Source: Antedon mediterranea (Eukaryota; Animalia; Echinodermata). Taken from it: DNA of 64,000 nucleotides. The translations under genes were made by a program, and so were the position numbers. The stretch is from contig NC_092679.1 in assembly GCF_964355755.1 (NCBI RefSeq), positions 7,098,201 through 7,162,200 of the forward strand, read 5' to 3'. This document shows positions 40,701 through 51,011 of this stretch, piece by piece (positions within the stretch are counted from its first letter, which is position 1; each line of letters begins with the position of its first letter). The notes under the pieces are model-generated. The model saw only the letters and a list, made by a program, of their open reading frames with translations, made no database searches and was not told the DNA's origin.

Positions 40701-43700
40701 TCCCAACTAAACCGTGCCACAAGGTCCCATTTTCTTGTTTACCATAAAAAAAAACACAATTCTGAAAAACAGAATAAAAACTGTTAAAAGGTAAGTAGTC
40801 GGAGGGAAATAAAAGTTTTGCAAAAATGTTTAAACATTTATTGAAAATTCCTTCCGAGCACTAATCAAAAGTCTAACTGTTATAATACTTGTCTTTGCAG
40901 AATAGCTTTGGTGGCAACTGTATCTTGTATGCTGAGACAGCCTGGTTTAATAAAACCACATTATATTTCAAAGACCTGGGCAATAATTCAGCTTGCCATT
41001 TCTGTGTCACTTTACAAGTTATTGCTTCTTTTTATGCACTTATATATTGTGCATACACTGGTTACATATTGTTAAAGAATTCAGAATTGTGAGTATTAAA
41101 CCATTATCTAAAGCTCTGTCTACACTGTCAAACTTTATGGATAAAAAGTGAGCCCATATGGACATAATGATTTCGTATCACTACCATATTTGGGCACATC
41201 ACACTTTTTTTGTCAAATTAGTTTCTGTGTAAACTGGCTCATGTGCCCTTTATAGAACCTGGAAAATCTTTCGAGACGAGTAGGGACTTACCCCGGGTGT
41301 ACTAGTTCACACACAGCCACTGTCACAAACTCAACATATATAAATAACACTGGGTCCGCTGGGAGAACAGTCTTCGACTGAAGAGGCTACCCAGTATAAG
41401 GAATAAATAGAAAAACAAAAGAGAGAGATAAAAGGAGTTTGTGCAAATTCCCATACACATGCTGTATCAATGACCGGAATTACTGGAGTAAGGTTATAAA
41501 CAACTTTACTTATAGTGAATACTCATGTTGTTTTTTATCTTACAGCCGATTTCTTGTACTACCAGCCATCATTGTCAACTGTTGCTTAGCCTGTTGTATA
41601 TTTATTCAAGCCTGCGTTGTTAGTGTAGGTTTCAGGCAATTCTGTAAATCAGTGAGCAGTGGCGACAACGACTTAGAGTAAGTTTAATCAAAGAATTTAA
41701 GACAATTTTTTTATTTTAATATTGTTGTTTCATTTATTCATCAACATTTTCATTCCAAGATCAAAATAAATGCATTTCAAAATACAACTAAGAAGATTAT
41801 TATTATTTTGTTTGTCCTTTTTAGTTGTTCACAAGGTAGTGACATAGATTGGAACACAAAGGCTAAGCCTGATGGTTATGTACAACACGATCCTTTTGAT
41901 GTTGGCAAATACTACCAGTTTCTCACCTCTGGACAGGTAAGAATAAGTAGGCTTAGCATACTGTACTTGACAATGACATTATATCATTTTTTTTCATTTC
42001 ATTTCTTTATATCAGTCCAACAATAATAAACAATACAGAATCACATTATGAAAACCAAATTCTAATCAAAGTTGAGAAAGAGACTGAGAAAAGAAGCAAA
42101 AACTAAATTTTCCACTCATTCTTTATATAAATAAATTGTTTCTATAATATAATTATTATTATTGCCTTACTGTATCACAGGGCTTTAGACATTTATGGAC
42201 CTGAAATATCGCTCTTAAAGTTGTTATTTTCAGGAGCTATGGTTTTTTTGCTTTCACGCTAACCACATTTTGACCAAAATTACTTTTCAAATTTATAGTA
42301 ATAATTTCTATGAGCTTGAAGACTGCTAAGATAAACATTTTCCAAGGGAGTGTTGGCTTTCCTGACAACCTCACCACTTTCATTGACTATAATAATAATA
42401 ATATTTATTTGGTCATCAATGTAAAAATAGCCAGGAATGAGAATACGCCCAAACAGATTCTGCACTTACTCCATACAATACAAACAGTTAAGATAAAACC
42501 ATATACAAGAAAAATACAAATAAACTATACATAACATGAAATATAGTGTTTTGTTAGAGCAGCCTTAACTCTTTCACTGCGTATACCCGGTACTACCGGG
42601 TATAAACAGACGTCGTTGAAATACGTATACCCGGTAATACCGGGTATAGGCAAAACAATGATTTAATCGTATTTGTCTATAATATATAGCACCCTCTGTA
42701 TTTTTTCGATGAACTTGAATATTTTTGCAAGTCATTGAAATGTTTTTCCAGGAAAAAAAACCGCCCTCTATAGTTGTATTATCGTCTTGAAAATAATGCG
42801 CCCTCTATAGTTATATTATATATAGTATAGTATATAGTATTTCTATCTTGGAAAGTTGTTTTGAGTAGCGTAATGGCGGCCATTTTGAAAGTAACAAAAA
42901 TTTACCAGCCCCAATAGGGGAACATAGTGTTTATCACAACATGCAAAAAAAAAATTCTGAAACAAGTTAGTTTTTGTACTATAGTGAATTTTTTTTAAAT
43001 GTCATTATTTTCATGATTTTGCCCTAAAACTTTGATTTGTGCATAATTTTTATAAAACAATAAAAATAATTCAATTTTTTTAAATATTTTTATTTGTTAT
43101 ACGTATCTTCATCAATATCCAGTTGGAAAAACGTATTCCATAAGAATTTCTTATAGAAAATATAGTTTTTATCATTGATTCGATAAAAAACACGAAATCC
43201 AAAATACCTGTAATGACGTCACACGACGTCATCAATATGCAAATTACTTTCTTTTTTTATACCTAACTGTAGACTAACCCTTTGCCCATCACACACCACA
43301 AAAATAATTACACAATTATCTCAATTAGTATTTTTTTCCAATTAATTAAAATATCATATGTTTTTCCTAAATATATATTACGCACAGAGGTGGGAATAAT
43401 GCTCCGCAGTGAAAGGGTTTTAATTAAAATTGTTGTTGTGAATCTTTTAATGTCATTTGTTTTTGGTATTTGTTCCCATAGTCTAGGACAGGAAACAACT
43501 ACAGAATTATGAAAAGTATTGCCTTTCGAATTCCAACGTAAAAGCCTACCCGGACATCTTTCACTAGTTTTAATATACTCATTGAAAGAATGGGAACAGT
43601 AACCTTTCAACACCTTAAATCCTAATGAAAGTCTATGTAATTTAAACAAGTCATCAATAGATAATAATTTAAGCACTTTCAATCTATGAAAATAAGATGT

Positions 43701-45998
43701 GTCCTTCCTTTCTAAACATTTTATTATCCTTGTTGCTTTCCTTGATGTTTTCTCTATTCATTGATCTTTTCATAGATTACTGATAGCCATTGATTCACAA
43801 TACAATTTAAAAAAACCATTATCATTCATTTGCTTGAATTATTGAATGTTGACTATGATACCATAACAATCATCAAAAGCTTACTTGATTAAATGTAGAA
43901 CACTTCCTGGTTATCGGTCCTGTTTTGGGTAGCTATTCTGTGTAGCTCAATCATACGCCGTTGTCATGATAATAAAATAGATGGAGGGCCGAGGTCAGAA
44001 GAGGAAAAACCAATTTTACAGCCTATTTAAATAGAAGGTGGTTCATACACTTAGTTTTAGTTCTAATTCCTAATTTTTGGTTGCATGGTCCCATTTTGTT
44101 TATTATCCAACACAAATAGATTGCATAGAATAGAAACCTAAGACACTAATAATACAATACTATATGTTGGTTATTGTATCATTGATTGAATATAGTTATT
44201 CATGTCATTTTTGTTGATCTACTTTTAAAATGAAATAAGTTTTTAACAGGAAAGATTGCAATTTACATTCTTCTCTGTTTTTTTATCATGAATCATGGGA
44301 AATAAGCAATAATGGGACCCTGCTGAAGGCAAAACTCTGTCTACACTATTAAACTAGTTTGACAAAAAAAGTGTGATGTACTCAAATATGGTGGTGATAT
44401 GCCCAAATATTGTAGTGATATAACATGTCCATATATGGGCACATCACTTTTTTTTGTCACAAAATGTTTGATAGTGTAGACAGGGCTCAATGCATGCACT
44501 AACATGCATTCTGTCTGAATGTGCAATAGCAATCTGCGTACAAAATCTTGTCATGTTCATCTCGATTTTCTTTCATCCAATCTACAATATCAGTAATGTA
44601 CTGGATTTTAGATGGGTATTTTTTTGTGTGAAAGAGAACTACTAATTAAATTCACATCCATCCAAACATTGAGTAGGATTACTAATATTTAAAAAAAAAT
44701 TCTAATAGAATATTGCAGAAAGCATAATACACTGTGTCATGTGCCGATAATTGAATGCATGTCCAAATAGCATGATAATACTTCAGCATCTTGTATAAGA
44801 GCACTCTAAAAGCATGCCAGTATGCTAATAGATAAGGCTGTATTGCAACTCAACTCAATTATCTACTACAGTAGATTCTCAGTAAGAACTGCAATGAGGA
44901 AACTGAAAATTAAATTGAAAAGTAAATTGAAAAGTAAATTGAAAATAGAATGACATGTAAAGTTCAGGTCATTGGATTTAATCTACTTTTAACTGTAATA
45001 AATTATGTTTCTTCATACACTTTTACATTATCTTCTTATGTATTTATTATTATTGATGATTATTTTATGATTTATTATGATGATAATATTAACTTTAAGG
45101 TATTTTTGCTTCATCACACACTGTTATGGTTACTTACAGACAGAGTATGAGACCTATCATTTTGTGTTATCCAATGTATATACAGTGAAAACCCCCAATT
45201 GGGACATAACTATAGTGGACACCTATTAATAAAACATCACTAGTATTCAGGGGAAACCCCTGTTAAGAGGACATGACTATTTAGGGGACACCCCTATTAA
45301 AGGGACATCACTAGTATTCAGGGGACACCCCTATTAAGAGGACATCACTATTTAGGGGACACGCCTATTAATGGAACATCACTAGTATTCAGGGGACACG
45401 CCTATTAAGAGGACATGACTATTTAGGGGACACCCCTATTAAGGGGACATCACTATCCAGAGGACACCCTATTAAAGGGACATCACTATTTAGAGGACAC
45501 GCCTATTAATGGAACATCACTAGTATTCAGGGGACACCTATTAAAGGGACATCACTAATATTCAGGGGACACCCCTATTAAGAGGACATCACTATTCAGA
45601 GGACACCCTATTAATGGGACATCACTATTCAGGGGACACCTCTATTAAGGGGACATCACTTTTCAGGGGACACCCCTATTAAGGGGACATCGAATATTAA
45701 GTGGACATCACTATTCCGGGGACAACCCTATTAATAGGAAATTTGTTGGGGTCCTGGGGGGTTCTGCTTAGCCTGTAATTGAAAAAACATTACCAAACCA
45801 ACCCCTTACACAATTTTCTGACCGATTGTGTGTAGCATTTTAAAAATTATGTTTTATTTGCAGGGTGCATCGTGGGCGTCCTTTTTATTTTGGTTAGCAA
45901 TAGCAATCTTAACAATTGTTCGACGTATTAGAGATACATCTTCTACAACGTTGGATCCGAACTCTGATAAAGCGCCAATTACGGATGTTGTCATCTAG
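34730..45998 (+). CDS. TMEM179: TMEM179-family four-pass membrane protein, paralog A (distal last exon 45864-45998)
   Basis: Exons 34730-34822, 40901-41088, 41546-41677, 41825-41936, 45864-45998 join in frame (phases 0,2,2,0); FGGNCILYA, SACHF, GFRQFC, YQFL...Q.ASW...FW motifs typical of TMEM179/179B. Confidence 0.85.
35698..36290 (-). pseudogene. Frameshifted remnant of the Academ XPG/PIN-like nuclease region
   Basis: Fragments in shifting frames: KSDIVSCM, ESPQVDA, SRENRGK, FFRCNENEQELSEFL, CNIKEANERMLLY, resembling the recalled Academ motif order KSDLLxCL..PxVDA..ERxxRG..FLxxxxNKxELxxFL..CxHEEADxRMLLH. Confidence 0.6.
36290..38866. repeat. 30-bp minisatellite, roughly 85 copies
   Basis: Unit CCATCCACAGACAAAGAAGGGGGT(A/G)TAAGA with 27-33-bp variants and repeated higher-order blocks of variants. 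Confidence 0.97.
41233..41400 (+). mobile_element. SINE fragment with Deu/Nin-like core
   Basis: 'agaacctggaaaatctttcgagacgagtagggactttaccccgggtgt' resembles the recalled Deu-domain core (TTCGxAAGAGTAGGGG..ACCCCGGTGT); it abuts a truncated Harbinger MITE. Confidence 0.4.
42388..43760 (-). mobile_element. LINE 3' fragment split by a piggyBac-like MITE
   Basis: ORF 43308-43682 (LKLLSIDDLFK...PRLWEQIP) resumes beyond the MITE as KAALTKHYISCYV*; minus-strand AATAAA with a (TTA)n tail near 42390-42410. Confidence 0.65.
42569..43417. mobile_element. piggyBac-like MITE
   Basis: TTAA-CTCTTTCACTGCG ... CGCAGTGAAAGGG-tt-TTAA; two subterminal palindromes TATACCCGG-n5-CCGGGTATA (42582-42604 and 42626-42648). 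Confidence 0.65.
43899..44030 (+). CDS. Alternative (proximal) last exon of TMEM179-A
   Basis: AG acceptor at 43897-43898, phase 0; encodes NTSWLSVLFWVAILCSSIIRRCHDNKIDGGPRSEEEKPILQPI*, homologous to exon 45864-45998. Confidence 0.7.
   Translation, partial: NTSWLSVLFWVAILCSSIIRRCHDNKIDGGPRSEEEKPILQPI
45181..45777. repeat. ~33-36-bp minisatellite (GGGGACACCCCTATTAAGAGGACATCACTATT) in a Tc1/mariner-like MITE shell
   Basis: Roughly 15 degenerate units; starts TACAGTGAAAACCCC and ends GGGGGTTC...CTGTA; a short relative lies at ~24441-24631. Confidence 0.75.
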
Positions 45999-48863
45999 AC
46001 ACAAGTGATTCTACAGTTATTACATACCAATCAAAAACTAAAGCTAAGGTTATGTCAGAGCTATTTATATAAAACTAGAGAGTCAACTCTCAACACAGGT
46101 TTTCTAAGCAAACATTTTAATATGCCTCTGTTAGCCAACTAAGCTTATCTTTAGTTTTTTTATTATATTTCCAAAATCAATGTGCAAAAATGTTCCTCTT
46201 TCAAGTATATTTTTTAAAGCACTTTTGTTATTGATTTAGAATAGTACATTTTAAACCAATGGCTGACGTTGTCTTATGAATGCATAACCAATGGCTGAAG
46301 TTGTCTCTTGTAAAATATCTTTCTCTTATCATTTGTGATGTCATCAATTTGTGTGTAAAACATACTATTTTCCTATAAAGACAATGACATCATCAATTCT
46401 TGTGTAAATATACCCAGTCTAATTAACAATTGAAGATTATCACAATTATATATTTTACAATTTTATATTAAAAGTTATAATATTAATAAATTTTAGTTAT
46501 ATTTACTTAAAAAGTATAAAAAGTGCTAATGATGTTGATTGTAAATTTATTTTTAAAACAATCACTGACAGCAGGAAATATTAAACACAATATTCTTGTA
46601 AATATTATGTCATAATTATGCAATAATATTATAATTTGCAGATTTAGCTTTTGAGATTAGAACGATCATTATGTATTTGTAGAGTAGTTCATAGAAGTAT
46701 ACTGTAGGTGATAGTTGTTATTTGTCATGCCAATTACCTTCCAAATCATTTGTTGCATTGTACATGTATATGCAGGGAATAGTTTCATTTTAAAGTTTTG
46801 AAGATTTTAAAGATTTTTTGCTACAATTCTGTAAATGTGTAGCGTTTGTTTTGTATAGCTATGCTACACTGGCAAAATTATCTCTGATGCATTTTAAAGC
46901 TCTGTAAATTTTTCGATGGCTTAGTTTAAAGAATTATTTTAAATATACATTTCATTACACATGGATAACATTATAGACCTTTCATTTTGCAATTAAATCT
47001 GGGACGTAGAATGTAGACAAATTTGATCCAAAATTTGTAAAACTCAAGTCAACTTTGTTGTATTCCATACTTTATTTGAACAAAGTTAATTGATTAGTTT
47101 ATGCCCGAGTTGACTTGAGAGATGTTTAGGCCTGCTGATTAGACCAGCTTATAATGTTGATAATAGTGCACACAATAATGGATTCCTAAGAGGAGCGAGT
47201 GCCTAATGAACTATGTGTTTCATAGTCACTTGTGCTAATGAATAGGATAACAGTTTATTGTGAAAAGTTCTAGTTTTTTGTAAATGCCAAAAATGTTTTA
47301 TGCTTTTCTATATTTGTAAAATGATTTTAATTTTTTTTTTGTAATTATGTATATTTTTAAAAATATGTTTGTATTATTTAGAACCCATTTTATAGGTTAG
47401 TTGTACTAGTAGTGTTTGTTTCATGGGAAGTGTCTACTTAAAAGAGGCCAATTTACATAGACAGAATGGTAACAATAAGCGGAAAACCGCATGCTTGTCC
47501 CACATAGAATCTGTATCTATCCTGAGCTGGTTTCTGTTTAACCACCTGTCCACTCCGCATTTTGTGTAAATGGTCATAGATTCTATATTTTCCTTTTACC
47601 ATTACCGCTTGTCAGTGTAAATTGGCCCTAATAATAGGTGATATAAGTGTCCCTAAAGAGGGTTCTACTCTACTTAAAGAATATACTACTTACATTTCAG
47701 TTACCTACTGTCTTATTATATACTACCTTGAAACATGAATCAAAAAATCTGAATAATTTACTTTTACATTTTAACAATGCTAAGCTCAAAACTCCTTCAA
47801 GATTATCTCAATTTTCTGGCAGCAGAAAGAAATGTATTCTAATGTTAATTCAATCTTTTTTAGTAGGAAAACATTTTCTTTATAAAATTATGTTCATTTT
47901 ATATCTTTTTTCAAATTTTTTTATACAAAGATTTTTTTTCCACAAATCAAAGAAAACGTGGAATGCGTATTTTAAAAATATCGTTTTTATTGTGTACCCA
48001 GTTTGAGCTGAGCTCATGGAGATTTTTTAAACAGCTGCTGATATGGCAAATTATAATGATTCTTATCAAGAAAATGTATGAGGGAATACAGTATATATAT
48101 GTTTTGCATTTATTGTGCAAATATAGGCTCTTTTTTTTTTATTAAATAATCAAAAATGAGACTTGAGGATTAAATACAATTTTTGTGTACAAATTCTGTG
48201 GAATTATTATTTGCTATTTGTTGGGAGAACCTTTTAAAGGTTTGCAGAAGCCTTGATAATTGTAACTCACTGTATTACAATGTTACAATGGTTGGTGATT
48301 CATATTCAATTGAGATTTTAACTAATAGTTTTTGTTCTGTATCGTATTTAGAGTATTTTAAGCAATGAGTTAATAGTACTCAACAAACAAGATAACAAAT
48401 GTAATTAACATCTACTATTCGAATGAAAACAGTACTTAGCAGATTGTCTGTTGAGCAGAAGAGGATTTCATAATCAAAAACAAAGATATAATTTTACAGT
48501 GATACTTTAAACAACACACTCGTAATCAACGATTTAAATTTATTTATCAAAATTAATATATACACATAAAATAAAAATGATATTTTATACATTTTGCAAG
48601 TACAGATGCAGGCTGGAACCCATTTATATGAGGCTCATAATCTTGGTTACCAGCTGTACCAACTATGATTGATTGCCAGAATCCTTTAATTTCATCTTTT
48701 TCTTATCATTTCAATATCTGAATAGGTGAAACAATGAAATACTGTATCCTCCAATGAGCATTCAAATTAACCATGTTATCACACACATTGGGTGTTGCAA
48801 TGAGAGTAACTTGTTGGTTCTGTCTATCAAAACGTAAACCTTACATTGTTTGCGTTAAACCTT

Positions 48864-50262
48864 TCACACCGATGTCTGTTTATAGTTCTTGGTATCCAAA
48901 ATCTTTTTACCACACATTGCACAAATACCTGAAAAGAAGGAAACAAAATTGTTAAAAAGAATCCATCAGAGAGAATCCTATAGAAGAAACAGTCAACTCG
49001 CTCAATACCGGAAAGTCTGGTATGTGGAAAGTGTTTTTAATGGTAAAAATTAATTTGGGACCTTTTGGAACTTGAGAAAAGTCCAGTTTGGGAGATTTTA
49101 TCAATTGTATTGTGTACACTGGACCTATGGTTTATTGTCCTTATTCGAGAAGATTTGTTCCACCAACCATAGAGGCTCAAACACTTGCTGGTACAGTATT
49201 ATGGCTATTTATTACAGTTCCACTGTCTTAACCACTCAGCCATTTGTTAAATTAGCAGAAACAGAAGTAGATTGTGATTGGCCACGACTGATTTGTATAG
49301 TTTTTACCTTTTTTATAAGCACATCCTTGGCAGTAGTGAGAACCCACTTGATGGACCGACTGTTTGCATATGCGGCATTTAACGAATGATTTATTGTATG
49401 GAGAATATCTGAAAAAGAACAGTTAAAATGCATAAACACAGTTTTTTTACTACAAATATGTATCTATCGTTTGTTAATATAAAAATAATATCTTACTTTG
49501 ATTTTGAAGCTGTTAAAAGTTTATTCTCTCCAAGCTTCCTGCCACAACTAGCTGAAATATTAGAACCAAAATACCAATTTTAAAATCAACTACAGTATAT
49601 TATTAGCTTTTAATATGTATAATTTAATTAATAATAATTTTTACTTATTATTAAAAGACTGTATTTCTTACTCATCTTTCCGCCACCACTACTACTACTA
49701 GCACCCTTTGCCTTCCACGGATCTGGAGTAGCTATTCTGCCAAGTTTCTTCTGACCTATAATAGTATTATAATATCAAGAGTAATTAATAAACATCAATA
49801 AACATTATTCAATAATATTTAATAATAATCATATTAATTATGCATGGAATTGTATGAAAAATGTTAACAAATATTACCACTCTAGTAACTACTACTGACT
49901 ACTACAACTACAGGCAGTACTTATTATTAAGTTAGTACAGTGTAGTAGGTAGTCTCTTTAAGCTCTAGTCTACTCTACTTAAGCTTGTCTTGCTTAGTAG
50001 ATGTATGAGCTAGCTAGGCCTAGCTTTGCTTGTGCAAAGAGGCAACAGCATCGTTGATAAGGCTCGCCCTCTAGATCTGCTACACGGTAGTAAACCTCTT
50101 CTGGGTAGGCTAGCTAGAAGCTACATTTACGTTTAACTTAAGGTGGCTGTTAATCTAGGCATAGCTAGGCAGATGGTTCACTACTACATTAAATAGATAC
50201 ATTTTGTCCCCGCCCATCGGTATTTTTTAAAGATTTTTAAACTTACATTTTTCACAAACCAT
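48864..50262 (-). CDS. CRIPT: Cysteine-rich PDZ-binding protein
   Basis: Five exons (50262-50247, 49755-49672, 49551-49497, ~49407-49308, ~48928-48864) give MVCEKCQKKLGRIATPDPWK...CRICKQSVHQVGSHYCQGCAYKKGICAMCGKKILDTKNYKQTSV*. Not in the ORF track because the exons are short. Confidence 0.96.
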
Positions 50263-50875
50263 GATAAAGTGTTGACAATTTTTAAATTATTTTTCCAGAA
50301 ACGATGTTTACGTTTTGTATTACAGTTCAGTGAACACATATTGACATGAAAATACTATTGTTTTATTCTATAAGAAAATAGAATAAAATATAAAAAAATC
50401 GAACATTTATACAATTACATAAATAACAAATTTTAAATATTATTATTTTGATATTTATTTTCAATAATAAGATTTTATTTAAATTGTAAGTAATCTTAAT
50501 CTTGGAAAAAATGTACACAAGTAATGATGCCCAATTTTGTCACGTGATGAATAATTCGCGTTCTTTCTTTATTCTGTGAAAAAGCACGCCCAGGGTTGTA
50601 ACAGTAGGTGCTATTTTGATTCTAAATTTCGCTTTTGTAATAGTCTGGATACATGTAGATTATAGTACATCTTAAATATGATCCTTTTAAGATAACAAAT
50701 ACGATATATTATTTTAAAATAAATAACACTGGGATGAATTTTCATGTGTTATTCTAACTACTCGACTCGCGGACTTATTCAATTGTTGTAGGCTCGGTCT
50801 AGCCCCACCCAGGAGGACACAGAGTTACAGTAGATATAGGCTAGCTCGTACTAGTGTAGGAGATTAGACAGCAAG
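50263..50875. promoter_or_regulatory. Putative bidirectional promoter region between CRIPT and the RSF1-like gene
   Basis: Divergent genes whose ATGs are 750 bp apart; E-box TCACGTGA at ~50540; probable non-coding exon ending at donor AAG|GTGAG (50875) spliced to the acceptor at 51003/51004. Confidence 0.55.
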
Positions 50876-51011
50876 GTGAGAGTGGTCCCGTCCATATAAT
50901 GAAACACAATACAGTATTACTCTACTTCGTATCCATTCCAGTGATTCTTTAATTAGATATCATTGTCATTGATATTTTCATGATTAATTATTCTCTTTTT
51001 TAGATAAAACG

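Noticed and set aside
45181-45777. CRISPR-like repeat-spacer pattern
   Set aside because: The intervening segments are themselves repeat variants, so this is a minisatellite.
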